A stretch of DNA of 64,000 bases from Nitrosopumilus sp. GTDB lineage: Archaea; Thermoproteota; Nitrososphaeria; Nitrososphaerales; Nitrosopumilaceae. This document shows, in pieces, positions 10,377 to 20,459 of this stretch. The stretch's first letter is position 1; every line of letters starts with the position of its first letter. A program made the translations under genes and the position numbers. Where the stretch lies: the NCBI GenBank assembly GCA_963662625.1, contig OY759726.1:1280001-1344000 (forward strand), given 5' to 3'. Under the pieces are notes generated by a model. It had not been told where the DNA came from, did not search any database, and saw only the letters and a program-made list of their open reading frames with translations.

Positions 10377-10378
10377 CG

Positions 10379-11041
10379 TTGAAGAAGGGGAGGAGGAACA
10401 GCATCATCCTGGCCGCGGCCGCGGCCGCCGTCGTGGCCGCGGTGGTGGCATACGGCTATTCGGCAGAACAGACCCGCCAGAAGGGCTTCGTCTTTGGCAA
10501 CGAGCTGGCGCAGATCCAGGAGGACGTCAGCCGCATACAGGCGGACTTTAGCTCAAGGCTCACGCAGTGGGAGGAGGGGGACCTGGAGAAGCGCGAGCTG
10601 CTGGAGTACGCCGACTCCCACCTCGGGGAGCTCGGGGCCGTGCTGGAGAGGTACGGCGGCCTGGAGCCGCCCGCGCAGTTTTCTGCCTCGGTCGAGCTGT
10701 TCAGGCTGTCCACCGGATCCCAGCTCCAGAGCGACAGGCACTACGTGGAGTGGCTCAAGACCGGGCAGGAATCCGACAGGATCAGGTCCGACTCGCTGCT
10801 CCAGGAGTCGTTCGACTACGAACTGCTGGCGTTGGGCGAGTTTAACAGGGCAAAGCTGGGGTACAAGGAGTACGATGACGGGCCCGCGAAGTTCGAGGCG
10901 CCCGACGCGGACATCACGGGCAAGGTGAACAAGATCTGGGAGGGCATGAGGGAGGAGTGCCGCCTGGGATCCGCGGCGCAGGAAGAGGCCGACCAGTGCG
11001 CGACCCGGGCGGACGCCTGGAGATCGGAGCACCTCCCGTGA
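10379..11041 (+). CDS. Membrane-anchored helical hypothetical protein
   Basis: Basic N-terminus plus hydrophobic anchor; operon spacing. Confidence 0.65.
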   Translation: MKKGRRNSIILAAAAAAVVAAVVAYGYSAEQTRQKGFVFGNELAQIQEDVSRIQADFSSRLTQWEEGDLEKRELLEYADSHLGELGAVLERYGGLEPPAQFSASVELFRLSTGSQLQSDRHYVEWLKTGQESDRIRSDSLLQESFDYELLALGEFNRAKLGYKEYDDGPAKFEAPDADITGKVNKIWEGMREECRLGSAAQEEADQCATRADAWRSEHLP

Positions 11042-11094
11042 GACGGGGCCGGCTGGCAGACCACAATACTCTTTAAAGATCGGCGCGCAATACG

Positions 11095-11856
11095 TTGGTG
11101 AAAGAAATCGTGGCGGCGCTGGCGCTGGCGGCGTTCTCGGCGCCGCTTGCGTTTGCCGACGTCGCCATCCTGAATGACCAAAAGTACCGCGGGGACGACG
11201 GCTTCTTCCACATAGTGGGGGAGGTCCACAACGGCATCGGCGCGCCGATCGGCCAGGTCGTCGTGGACGTGACGCTGTATGACGGCAGCGGCGGCGTCAT
11301 GGCGACCAAGCAGACGGGCTCGCTGGTCAACATGGTGATGCCCGGCATGAAGGGGCCGTTTGACCTGATCGTGGACGGCCGCGAGGGCGAGCGGATCCAC
11401 TCGTACGACGCCCAAGTCAGCTACAGGGTGGCCGCCCCGAAAAGCCAGGTGATCGACATAGTCTCCTCGGAGCTGTCCCGGGACAGCCACGACAACCTGC
11501 TGATCACCGGGATCGTGGCCAACAGGGGCGAGATCACCGCCAACACCGTCTCGGTGGTGGCCACCCTCTACGACGGGCAGGGCAACGTCGCGGCGGTCTC
11601 GTGGATCCGCCCGGAACCAGACTACCTCCGGGCCGACGGCGAGGCGTTCTTCCTGGTCCCGATCCCGGACAAGGAGCACGCCGTGGGGATCGACGACTAC
11701 TCACTGGTGGCCGAGTCCGAGGAGTACGCCGCGGTGCCGGAGTTCTCCGCCGGGGCAGCGGTGCTGCTAGCCGGCTCCGTCTCCGCGTACATAGGGGTGT
11801 CCCGGTACTCGGGCAGCGTCATAGCAGGCCCAGCTTCTGCAGCCAGTCCAGAATAG
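11095..11856 (+). CDS. FxLYD-domain surface protein with PEF-type C-terminal sorting signal
   Basis: Signal peptide, two GxVxN...(V/A)TLYD repeats, VPEF followed by a TM helix. Confidence 0.8.
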   Translation: MVKEIVAALALAAFSAPLAFADVAILNDQKYRGDDGFFHIVGEVHNGIGAPIGQVVVDVTLYDGSGGVMATKQTGSLVNMVMPGMKGPFDLIVDGREGERIHSYDAQVSYRVAAPKSQVIDIVSSELSRDSHDNLLITGIVANRGEITANTVSVVATLYDGQGNVAAVSWIRPEPDYLRADGEAFFLVPIPDKEHAVGIDDYSLVAESEEYAAVPEFSAGAAVLLAGSVSAYIGVSRYSGSVIAGPASAASPE

Positions 11857-12274
11857 GCACCAGCTCGTCTATGATCTCCGACTTTTCCAGCCTGACGGGC
11901 CCGGAAAACCTGACCGGGAACGTGATCGTGAGCATGTCCTGGTCCGTGTGCGATATCCTTATGTAGTGCAGGCGGTTGTCCGTCTTTGCCAAAAAATCCT
12001 TCCACTTGGCGATGTGGGCAGCGGCCCTGCCCACCTGCGACTCGAGCTCGTCGATCTCGATGTTCAGGTCCGAGTCGAACAGGTTGAACTTGACGAGCGG
12101 GACCATGATGTACCCGCCGGGCACCGCGGCGCGGTTCTTCAGCATCTGCGAGATGACATCCGTGGAGTCCTCGCCGTCGCCTATGTCCCCGTAGTCGGGG
12201 TCAAAGTAGCCGGCCACCCTCTTCTTGGAATCGTATATCCTGAAGTACTCCTCGTCAAGCTCGAGCTTCCACAT
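11819..12274 (-). CDS. Conserved hypothetical protein
   Basis: ATG at 12274 (MWKLELDEEY) with an AT-rich TATA island at ~12293-12305. Confidence 0.65.
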   Translation of the reverse strand: MWKLELDEEYFRIYDSKKRVAGYFDPDYGDIGDGEDSTDVISQMLKNRAAVPGGYIMVPLVKFNLFDSDLNIEIDELESQVGRAAAHIAKWKDFLAKTDNRLHYIRISHTDQDMLTITFPVRFSGPVRLEKSEIIDELVPILDWLQKLGLL

Positions 12275-12374
12275 TGCCTTGACAAGCGTTTGATAAATAA
12301 ATAAACGGTGCATCCCAGCCGCCGCGGCGCCCTGCTTCCTACAGTTAAATAGCAAGCGCCGCAGTGGAGTGTTG

Positions 12375-12677
12375 ATGGCAATCAGCGCCGCCAACCGGGA
12401 GTTCCTCGACAGCCTCCTGGAGCACTACATCGGCGAGGCCGAGTCATACAGGCAGATCGCCGAGAACTTCGCGGCCTCGGCGGGGTCGGTAGAGGACACG
12501 GCGTTTGGGATCATAACCGGGTGCGTGTACTCGGGGTTCCTGCAGGCGTACCAGAGCCAGCAGGAGTCGCCGGGACTGGATGACGTAAACGAGTTCTACG
12601 GCATCCTCGACAAGAAGGTGCCCGCGATAAGGCGGGCGATCTCGGGCCGGAAGCCCGGCGGCACGGAGAATGCCTGA
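12375..12677 (+). CDS. Conserved hypothetical protein
   Basis: TTAAATA box at ~12345; DTAFGIITGCVYSGF core. Confidence 0.65.
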   Translation: MAISAANREFLDSLLEHYIGEAESYRQIAENFAASAGSVEDTAFGIITGCVYSGFLQAYQSQQESPGLDDVNEFYGILDKKVPAIRRAISGRKPGGTENA

Positions 12678-12725
12678 CGCGCCGCGGACAGTTACAGTTT
12701 AATCCCGAGCCCAGGCATGGCCACC

Positions 12726-12818
12726 ATGGACGTGGACGGCAGCAAGATAATCTTCGGCATGGGGGTGGCCGGGGCCGTGATAACCGCCGCGATCGCGCTG
12801 ATCTTCGCGATAAGTTAA
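12726..12818 (+). CDS. Putative 30-aa single-pass membrane protein
   Basis: MDVDGSKIIFGMGVAGAVITAAIALIFAIS; TTTAAT box at ~12698; fills the intergenic gap; coding-like codon use. Confidence 0.6.
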   Translation: MDVDGSKIIFGMGVAGAVITAAIALIFAIS

Positions 12819-12844
12819 AGATAAATCACGCGCGCCAGCACGCC

Positions 12845-13171
12845 ATGGCGTTGTCGGCGACAAACGAGTTCAGGATCACGCAGGTGGTGGACAACGGCCG
12901 GGCGGTGCAGCTGACGCTGATCGAGAACGTGTCCACCGAGCCCATCTCGCAGAAGCAGATGATCATCGAGAACGTCTCGAACAAGCTCGACCAGGAAACC
13001 AAGGAGCAGGTGATGCCGCTTCTGGAGGCGATCATGTCGGCGCAGCCCACGGTGAACATAAAGTCGTACCAGCAGACGCAGATCACGATCGCGATGCCAA
13101 AGTCCAGGTACGACAGCATGGGGCGGCCCCAGGTCGGGACCACCGTCGAGATCAACCTGAGGAAGGTCTAG
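12845..13171 (+). CDS. Hypothetical protein (possibly arcadin-1-like)
   Basis: Own TATA (ataaat at ~12821); beta-helix-beta pattern ending [17 protein letters not shown]. Confidence 0.65.
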   Translation: MALSATNEFRITQVVDNGRAVQLTLIENVSTEPISQKQMIIENVSNKLDQETKEQVMPLLEAIMSAQPTVNIKSYQQTQITIAMPKSRYDSMGRPQVGTTVEINLRKV

Positions 13172-15192
13172 ATCTCCGACTCTACCTCTTCGGCCGTGCG
13201 CAGGGGCCGCGAGCACGCAAAGTCCCTGCACACGAACACGGTTGTCCTCTCAGTGAACTCCTTGCCTGCGAAGAACGGGTACCGCGCCAGCCCCTCGAGC
13301 TGCTCCCTGCCCTCCACGGAGACCATGATGGACTCGGGCAGGAACCTGCTGCCCAGGGCGCGGCACACGCCGTCGTTCTCGGTGTTCAGCACGGTGATCT
13401 CGGCGGGCTTTTTGACGCTCATGTAGATCGTGTTGAGCAGGTTGCCAAAGCCGAACGGGTTCTCCGCGGCCGCCCGCGCCTGGGACTCCATGATCGCGGT
13501 GGCGATCCCGAGGAACCTGTCCTCCTGGGTGAGGTGGTACAGCCTGAGCATCACGTTGCAGGCCACGGAGTTTCCCGACGGCAGCGACAGGTCGTAGTTG
13601 CTCTTCGGCCTGATTATCAGCCTCTCGTGGTCCTCCGAGGTCATGAAGAAGCTGGCCGCCCCCCCGTCCCAGAAGCGGTCGGCCAGATGCGTCCCGAGGC
13701 GCCGCGCCAGCTCCAGGTAGCCGGGCTCCGGGTGGACCTCGAAGACGTCAAGCAGGGCGCTTGCGAGGTAGGAGTAGTCGTCCAGGTACCCGTCGATCTT
13801 CGCGGTGCCGTCCTTGAACGTGCGCAGCAGCCTCGTCCCGTCAAGGAGGCGGCGCTCGATGAACGAGAGGCAGCCCGTGGCGGCCTCCAGGTACGCCCGG
13901 TCCCCGGCCACGCGGTATCCCTTTGCGAGGGCCGTGACCATGAGGGCGTTCCACGAGGTGAGCACCTTGTCGTCAAGCCCGGGGGCCTCGCGCCCCGAGC
14001 GCGCCTCCAGGAGCTTCGCCGAACACGCCTCCAGCCTCTCCCTGGCCTGCCGCTCCGTCATCCCGAAGTTGAACGCCACGGTGGACGCGTTGAGGGTGTT
14101 GGACAGTATGTTGGCGCCCTCCCAGTTCCCGCCGTCGGTGACGTCGTAGAACATGCAGAACAGGTCGGCGTCGCCGCCGAGGGCGTCCCTCACCTGGCCC
14201 TTGCTCCACACGTAGTACTTCCCCTCGACCCCTTCCGAGTCGGCGTCGTACGCAGAATAGAACCCCCCCTCCGGGGAGGCCATGTCGCGCAGCACGAAGT
14301 CGAGCGTCTTTTGCATGACCCCCAGGTAGAACGGCTCCTTGGTGATCTGGTAGGCCTCGGCGTAGTTTACCGGGATCAGGGCGTTGTCGTACAGCATCTT
14401 CTCAAAGTGCGGCACGAGCCACCTGGCGTCGGTCGAGTACCTGTGGAACCCGCCGCCTATCTGGTCGAATATCCCGCCCCTTGCCATCCTGTCCAGCGTC
14501 CTGAGCCCGAACTCGGCGAACTTTGACACGCCCGACAGCCTCGCGTACCTGAACAGGAAGGAGATGTTCGCGGCGTTGGGGAACTTCGGGGCCTGGCCGA
14601 AGCCGCCATACACGGGATCCCCCAGCTGGAACAGGTTCACCGCCGCCTCGTCGAGGACCTGCCTGCCGGCCTCGGACGGCGACGCCTGCTCCGGGATCCG
14701 CAGCGTGGCAAGGAACCCCTCGGCCTTCTTCCTGACGTCGCCGGGCCTCTCCCTCCACGCCTGCGCCAGCTGCCGCGTGATGCTGCCGAACCCCGGCCGC
14801 CCGTGCGAGTCGAGCGCGGGGAAGTAGGTGCCGACGTAAAACGGCTTCTGATCGGGGGTCAGGAAGACGCTGAGCGGCCAGCCGCCCTGTCCCGTCGCGG
14901 TCTGGCAGACCCTCTGGTAGATGTCGTCGATGTCGGGCCGCTCCTCCCTGTCCACCTTGATGTTTACAAAGTTGGCGTTCATGAATTCCGCGACGTCGTC
15001 GTTCTCGAACGACTCGTGGGCCATGACGTGGCACCAGTGGCACGCGCTGTACCCGACGCTGAGGAAGATCGGCTTGTCCTCGTCCCTGGCCTTCCGCAGC
15101 GCGGCGTCGTTCCAGGCAAACCACTCCACGGGGTTGTCCGCGTGCTGCAGCAGGTAGGGGCTCGTCTCGCCGGCCAGGCTGTTCGGTGCCAC
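13168..15192 (-). CDS. Thioredoxin-domain YyaL/SSP411-family protein
   Basis: [33 protein letters not shown] and [12 protein letters not shown]. Confidence 0.9.
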   Translation of the reverse strand: MAPNSLAGETSPYLLQHADNPVEWFAWNDAALRKARDEDKPIFLSVGYSACHWCHVMAHESFENDDVAEFMNANFVNIKVDREERPDIDDIYQRVCQTATGQGGWPLSVFLTPDQKPFYVGTYFPALDSHGRPGFGSITRQLAQAWRERPGDVRKKAEGFLATLRIPEQASPSEAGRQVLDEAAVNLFQLGDPVYGGFGQAPKFPNAANISFLFRYARLSGVSKFAEFGLRTLDRMARGGIFDQIGGGFHRYSTDARWLVPHFEKMLYDNALIPVNYAEAYQITKEPFYLGVMQKTLDFVLRDMASPEGGFYSAYDADSEGVEGKYYVWSKGQVRDALGGDADLFCMFYDVTDGGNWEGANILSNTLNASTVAFNFGMTERQARERLEACSAKLLEARSGREAPGLDDKVLTSWNALMVTALAKGYRVAGDRAYLEAATGCLSFIERRLLDGTRLLRTFKDGTAKIDGYLDDYSYLASALLDVFEVHPEPGYLELARRLGTHLADRFWDGGAASFFMTSEDHERLIIRPKSNYDLSLPSGNSVACNVMLRLYHLTQEDRFLGIATAIMESQARAAAENPFGFGNLLNTIYMSVKKPAEITVLNTENDGVCRALGSRFLPESIMVSVEGREQLEGLARYPFFAGKEFTERTTVFVCRDFACSRPLRTAEEVESEI

Positions 15193-15222
15193 GGTTGCTT
15201 AACGCCGGGTTGCTATTTGTAC

Positions 15223-15474
15223 CTACTTGAAGATGCCCTCCCCCTCCTCCAGCTCGTAAATCCTGACGTTGATCTTCGCGAGCAGCTTCGACTTGGACCT
15301 GCGCGCCTTCTTGTCGTGGCTGTAGTCCTTCTTCCCGATCAGCTCCTGCAGGCGCTTCAGCTCGTGCAGCGTCAGCCGCTTGAAGCCGTGCCTGGAGCTG
15401 GACACCTTCCTCAGCAGTTCGATCCTCTCGCGGTCGTCGGGGGTGATGTCTCCGGGCAACGATGCACGTAGCAC
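15223..15474 (-). CDS. Basic hypothetical protein
   Basis: 83-aa ORF filling the gap, with a promoter island upstream. Confidence 0.6.
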   Translation of the reverse strand: MLRASLPGDITPDDRERIELLRKVSSSRHGFKRLTLHELKRLQELIGKKDYSHDKKARRSKSKLLAKINVRIYELEEGEGIFK

Positions 15475-15533
15475 GCCGCCACTTATCTTTCTAGTGCTGA
15501 AATGTTAAAATCCGGCGGCGGCCCAGGGGGGTC

Positions 15534-16565
15534 ATGGAGAAGATGCGTGCCATGGTGCTGTCCGAGTGCGCCCCCATCGAGACGTGCCCGCTGGCCCTCC
15601 GGTACGTGGACCGGCACGAGGTGGGCCGGCCCAACGAGATCCTGATAAAGATCGAGGCCTGCGGGGTATGCCACTCGCAGCTGCACGGGATAGAGGGGGA
15701 CTGGAAGGACATAGGGATCCCGCCGGTGCTGCCCACCGTGCCCGGCCACGAGGTGGTGGGGGTGGTAGTCGAGGCGGGGGACTCCGTGACCAAGTTCAGC
15801 GTCGGCGACCGGGCGGGCGTCACCCCGCTGCTCGAGGCCTGCGGGGAATGCCGGTACTGCGGGGAGGGAAAGGAGTACCTGTGCGAGTCCTCGGAGATCA
15901 CAGGGGAGTCGCTCAGGGGGGGCTATTCCGAGTACATAACGGTCGCCGAGGAATTCGCGACCAAGGTGCCGCCCACGATGAGGCCCGAGTACGCCGCGCC
16001 GCTGTTCTGCGCGGGAATCACGGCATACAAGGCGGTGATGGCGGCCGAGCCGCGGGCCAACAGGAAGGTCGGCATATTCGGGATCGGCGGCGTGGGCCAC
16101 ATGGCGGTCCAGTTCGCGAGGGTGAAGGGGTGCGACGTGGTCGCGTTCTCGCGGGGCCGGAGGCACCTGGAAGTCGCGAGGAGGCTGGGCGCGGCAGACG
16201 CGATGGAGTTCTCGGAGGACGGCGGGTTCCTGCGGCGGGTCAGGGAGCGGCACGGGCTGCTTGACGCGGCGATCGTGTTCGCGCCGGCCGACCCGGTGAC
16301 AGAGGCGGCAGTGGCGTCAGTCAAGAAGGGCGGGACGGTGGTGATCGCGACCGTCGGGGCCCGGCCCCCGTTCCTGGCATTCGAGGAAAAGACGATCAGG
16401 GGGACGCTGATCGGGTCGACCAGGGACATGGAGCAGGTGATCAGGATATGCGACGAGGAGGACATCGAGGTCGTCTCGGAGACGTTCCCGCTGGAGGACG
16501 CGAACCTGGTGCTCAAGAGGCTGAAGGACTCGGAGATCGAGGCAAGGGCGGTCCTGGTCCCGTAG
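15534..16565 (+). CDS. Zn-dependent alcohol dehydrogenase (AdhP-like)
   Basis: CGVCHS, GHE, CxxCxxC...C structural Zn site, GIGGVG. Confidence 0.9.
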   Translation: MEKMRAMVLSECAPIETCPLALRYVDRHEVGRPNEILIKIEACGVCHSQLHGIEGDWKDIGIPPVLPTVPGHEVVGVVVEAGDSVTKFSVGDRAGVTPLLEACGECRYCGEGKEYLCESSEITGESLRGGYSEYITVAEEFATKVPPTMRPEYAAPLFCAGITAYKAVMAAEPRANRKVGIFGIGGVGHMAVQFARVKGCDVVAFSRGRRHLEVARRLGAADAMEFSEDGGFLRRVRERHGLLDAAIVFAPADPVTEAAVASVKKGGTVVIATVGARPPFLAFEEKTIRGTLIGSTRDMEQVIRICDEEDIEVVSETFPLEDANLVLKRLKDSEIEARAVLVP

Positions 16566-16613
16566 CGGCCGCGCCATCACTGGATTTATTTTGGCTCGCG
16601 CCGTGCATGTGGC

Positions 16614-17696
16614 ATGCCCGAGATCTGGCTGAACTACGGAGCCACCGAGGTGGTGCTAGACATCGGCGCCGAAAACCTGGGCCAGAGGGTGGACTCCGGC
16701 GGGGACGTGCTGGACGACGCGGCAGTCGGCGAGAGGCTCGGGGGGCTGGACTTGGAGAGGCCCGTGGAGATCGCGGTCCTGCACGACTCCGCATCCGTCC
16801 GGAAGGCGGTCTCGTCCCTGCTGGAGGCGTGCGGGCAGAGGTCGCCGCCACCGCCGAAGGTCCTCGCCGACAGGCGGATCGTGGGTCGGCTCAGGGCGGG
16901 CCTGCCCGAGGGCGCCGACGTCGGCGAGTTCGACGATCCAGCGCTATCGAACTCCCGCCTCGTGTTCGTGGGGGAGGTGGAGTTTGACGGGCTGTTCGGG
17001 TACGAGACGGTCTCCACCAGGCTGATCAGGAGGTTCGGCCGGGAGTCCATGCTGTCGGCGTACGCCCGGCGCAAGGCAAACGCCCCCGCGCCCGGGCAGG
17101 CGACGGGGAGCTTCGAGGAGGCGAGAAAGTTCACCGACGGCTTTGAGATACAGGCCGTGGAGGTGGTGTCCAACTCCTCCGGGATCGTCGACCTGGCGGC
17201 GGGGCACCCGTCGCAGACATCCTCGCTGACGGGCGCGCTGGAGTCGACCGCGGTAAGGGACGTCGGCAGGACGGGATCCATGATAATCAGCACCGGAAAG
17301 GAGGCCAGTAACGGCAGCCTGGCCGCGTCGCTCTCCTCGCTGTGGAACTGCTCCCTCCCCGTGCAGAAGGGGGGCCTGGCCGTCCTGGTCGCGGAGTGCG
17401 GGGACGGCCTTGGCTCGGACTCGCTGCGGCAGTACGTCGAGGGGAGGCTGGAGCCCGAGCAGCTGAGGACCCCGGCCAGGTACACCGGCGGGATGGAGGA
17501 CCTGCTCTACCTGCACGAGGTGCAAAAGGGCCTCCAGGTGGGGATCGTCTCGGTACTGCCGGAGTTCTACACGAAGAAGCTGGGCATGGTGTCGCTGCCC
17601 GGGATAAGGCAGTCCTTGGACTACGTCCTGAAGACGCAGGGACCGCGGGAGAAGGTCGCCGTGGTCTCCGACGGCGCCAGGCTCCTGCTACGGTAG
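16614..17696 (+). CDS. LarA (lactate racemase)-fold protein with degenerate active site
   Basis: WLNYG N-terminus, LVFVGEVEFDGLFGY and KGGLAVLVAECGDGLG match LarA architecture from memory; canonical catalytic motifs not visible. Confidence 0.6.
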   Translation: MPEIWLNYGATEVVLDIGAENLGQRVDSGGDVLDDAAVGERLGGLDLERPVEIAVLHDSASVRKAVSSLLEACGQRSPPPPKVLADRRIVGRLRAGLPEGADVGEFDDPALSNSRLVFVGEVEFDGLFGYETVSTRLIRRFGRESMLSAYARRKANAPAPGQATGSFEEARKFTDGFEIQAVEVVSNSSGIVDLAAGHPSQTSSLTGALESTAVRDVGRTGSMIISTGKEASNGSLAASLSSLWNCSLPVQKGGLAVLVAECGDGLGSDSLRQYVEGRLEPEQLRTPARYTGGMEDLLYLHEVQKGLQVGIVSVLPEFYTKKLGMVSLPGIRQSLDYVLKTQGPREKVAVVSDGARLLLR

Positions 17697-18806
17697 GAAG
17701 GCCGGGACGAAGCTGGAGGGCAGCGGCGCGCACAGCACCGCGAGCCCGATCACCAGCACGTACGCGAGCTTGCGGTTCCTTGACAGGGGCGAGACGTCGT
17801 CCAGCGGGTCGGCGCTGGGGTTCCTCGCGCTCATCACCAGGATCAGCGCCGCCATGAGCCAGTAGTTGAGCAGCACGAGGATCGCCATGCTGCCGTACGT
17901 CGCGTACCTGTGGAGCCTCGGCCCGAGGAGCGTCCTTGCCATGTGGCCACCGTCAAGCTGCCACGCGGGCAGCAGGTTCAGGAACGTGATCAGGAACCCG
18001 ATCCACGCCGAAAACAGCACCGGGGTCATTATCACCTCGTGGCCGTCGCCGCCCTTGCCGAACAGGGCCAGGCTGGCAGTCATCAGCAGGGGCTCCCCGC
18101 GGTTCCATTCCACCAGCCTCGACTCGGCGAACAGCCCCCCCGCGATCTCGTCCTGGATCACGGGGGCGGTGTACGCCCCGTACATCGTCACGATGACGGC
18201 TATCGCCAGCCCCGCGATGGGCCCCGCTATGGCCACGTCGAAGAGGATCTCCCGGTTGATCGTCAGCCCGCGCGACTGGATGAACGCCCCGAACGTCGGG
18301 ATGCCCACTATGGGCAGCCCGGGTATGAAGTACGGCCACGTGGTCCTCAGCCCGTGGGCCTTTGCCGCCACGATGTGGCCCAGTTCGTGCACGCCAAGTA
18401 TGCCCAGGAGGCAGACGGTGTAGATTCCGGCCACCTCGAGGGGGTCCCCTATGTTGATGATGCTGTTGGTCCCAGCGGTCCTGTAGTACCCGTCGAACAT
18501 GACGAACGCGACCACCACGGCGAACAGCGCCCTGGGCATCCACGCCGTCCTGAGCCACCACCCCTGCTTCTTCCTGACGAACTTCTGGATCACTATGTAC
18601 CTGCCGCCGTCTGCCTGCGCGAGCCTGCAGACGTACTCGTTGCCCTCCATCCTCCTCGCCAGGCCCTCGAACTTGGCCTTAAAGTCGGGGTCCTCTATCC
18701 TGAATTCCAGCGCGTACTCCCCCTTGGTGAAGGCGCTCACGTCGAACACGGAACTGACCATCGAGATGATGTCCTCCTGAGACAGGTCGCTCAACACGCT
18801 TACCAC
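17688..18806 (-). CDS. Site-2 protease (M50)
   Basis: HELGH, AGPIAG and NLLPAWQLDGGH. Confidence 0.92.
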   Translation of the reverse strand: MVSVLSDLSQEDIISMVSSVFDVSAFTKGEYALEFRIEDPDFKAKFEGLARRMEGNEYVCRLAQADGGRYIVIQKFVRKKQGWWLRTAWMPRALFAVVVAFVMFDGYYRTAGTNSIINIGDPLEVAGIYTVCLLGILGVHELGHIVAAKAHGLRTTWPYFIPGLPIVGIPTFGAFIQSRGLTINREILFDVAIAGPIAGLAIAVIVTMYGAYTAPVIQDEIAGGLFAESRLVEWNRGEPLLMTASLALFGKGGDGHEVIMTPVLFSAWIGFLITFLNLLPAWQLDGGHMARTLLGPRLHRYATYGSMAILVLLNYWLMAALILVMSARNPSADPLDDVSPLSRNRKLAYVLVIGLAVLCAPLPSSFVPAFLP

Positions 18807-18871
18807 GGCCCCTGTCCATTAAATCGTTTTGCGGTTTAAAATTAAATACCGACGGCCACCACATAACGTCA

Positions 18872-19369
18872 GTGCAGGTGATACTGAGGCAGCTCGGCGA
18901 CTGCAGCATCCGCCGCGCAGAGGCAAGCGATCTCATACCGGTAATGGAGGTCAACCTGAGGACGCTGCCGGAGCACTATTCGGACTACTTTTACGAGAGC
19001 CTCCTCGCCGAGATCCCAGAGGCGTTCATCGTGGCCGAGGCCACAGGCAGGATCGCCGGCTACATAATGTGCAAGACCGAGTACGGCTTCTCCAACTTCA
19101 AGAAGCTGGGATTCGTGAAGAAGGGGCACGTCGTGTCGGTCGCGGTGCTCGACGAGTTCAGGAAGCGGGGCCTCGGCAGGGCCCTCGTGGAGGAGGCGAT
19201 CATCGGTGTCAGGGCGAGGAAGTGCGACGAGTTCTACCTAGAGGTGCGCTGCAGCAACAACGGGGCGGTCCGCCTGTACGAGAGCCTGGGGTTCGCGATA
19301 AGGCAGCAGCTCAACGCCTACTACCGTGACGGCGAGGACGCCTACCTGATGGCGATCGACCTGGGCTAG
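18872..19369 (+). CDS. Archaeal N-terminal acetyltransferase (Ard1/RimI GNAT)
   Basis: NLRTLPEHY, GHVVSVAV, RKRGLG, LEVRCSN and YYRDGEDAY. Confidence 0.9.
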   Translation: MQVILRQLGDCSIRRAEASDLIPVMEVNLRTLPEHYSDYFYESLLAEIPEAFIVAEATGRIAGYIMCKTEYGFSNFKKLGFVKKGHVVSVAVLDEFRKRGLGRALVEEAIIGVRARKCDEFYLEVRCSNNGAVRLYESLGFAIRQQLNAYYRDGEDAYLMAIDLG

Positions 19370-19403
19370 AAGCAATAAATAACTCGCGGGAACCTTGACG
19401 GCA

Positions 19404-19622
19404 ATGGACAGGCGGAAGGGAACCGGCATCATGATCTTCGTCCTCTGCATCGGCGGCTTCTTCACCTACGCCTACCTGCTCATGCTTTCCGAGTGGAGCC
19501 CGATAGTCCTGCAGCTGTCCGTGCTGATGATCGCCGGCGGCATCCTGGGGGTCGTCGCGTGGATAGGCTACGTGATGGCCACCACGAGGCCGTCGCCGGC
19601 GTCCATCTCGTCTGACGACTGA
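19404..19622 (+). CDS. Small two-TM membrane protein (conserved archaeal)
   Basis: Two hydrophobic helices ending WIGYVMATT; TATA at ~19375. Confidence 0.65.
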   Translation: MDRRKGTGIMIFVLCIGGFFTYAYLLMLSEWSPIVLQLSVLMIAGGILGVVAWIGYVMATTRPSPASISSDD

Positions 19623-20459
19623 TCACTTTGAGATCCTGGCGTCCACCACTGTCTGGTAGTACCTGGGCCCCACCGCCCTCACCATCCTGGAGCCGAGGAC
19701 CTCGAGCCCCACGGGCGACTCCCGCGCGAGGTGCCGCTCGGACAGCGCCGCGGCGTCGGCCTTCCTGTCGGAGTGCACGTGGGAGTAGTAGTGTATGGTG
19801 CCCCCGTCCCTGGTGGCGTCCACCGCCGAGTCCAGGAACTCGTCGGACCTCTCGGGCAGGAGCATCAGCGTCCTGTCCGCCATGTCCAGCAGCCCCTCCC
19901 GGATGATCCGCCGCGCGTCCCCGTTCATCGGGACCACCGTCCCAGCCATGCTGTTCATCGCGATGCTCTTCTCGCACAGCCTCGTGGCGGCGGGGTTGGA
20001 GTCTATGCTGTACACCGTGCACCTCTTGCTCTTTGCCGCCACGATCGAGAAGGTGCCCACCCCCGCGAACATGTTGACCACCGTCTCGCCGTCCCCGACG
20101 AGGCCTGCGATCCTCCCCCTCTCCGTGGACAGCCTCGGGGAAAAGAACGCCTTCTCCACGTCGACTGCGATCCTGCACCCTGACTCCCTGTAGACGGTCT
20201 CCGCGGCGCCGCTGCCCGCGATGGCCTCCAGGCCCCTGGTGCGAAAGTCCCCGCCCACCTCCGACGACTGGCAGAACACGATCCTTGCCGCCTTGACCTC
20301 CCTCAGCAGCGTCTCGCCTATGATCCCCTTCCTGTGCATCAGCGAGTCGGGTATCCTGACTATGATGATGTCGCCTATCTGGTCGAACGCCGAGACGACC
20401 CCCTCGCTCTCCTCTGCGCCGAGCGCCCCCAGGAGGGCCCTCTTCAGGAACCGGGTCAA
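19623..20459 (-). CDS. Trm5/Taw2-family SAM-dependent tRNA methyltransferase
   Basis: FDQIGDI, FFSPRLSTER, NMFAGVG and DSNP. Confidence 0.85.
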   Translation of the reverse strand: MTRFLKRALLGALGAEESEGVVSAFDQIGDIIIVRIPDSLMHRKGIIGETLLREVKAARIVFCQSSEVGGDFRTRGLEAIAGSGAAETVYRESGCRIAVDVEKAFFSPRLSTERGRIAGLVGDGETVVNMFAGVGTFSIVAAKSKRCTVYSIDSNPAATRLCEKSIAMNSMAGTVVPMNGDARRIIREGLLDMADRTLMLLPERSDEFLDSAVDATRDGGTIHYYSHVHSDRKADAAALSERHLARESPVGLEVLGSRMVRAVGPRYYQTVVDARISK

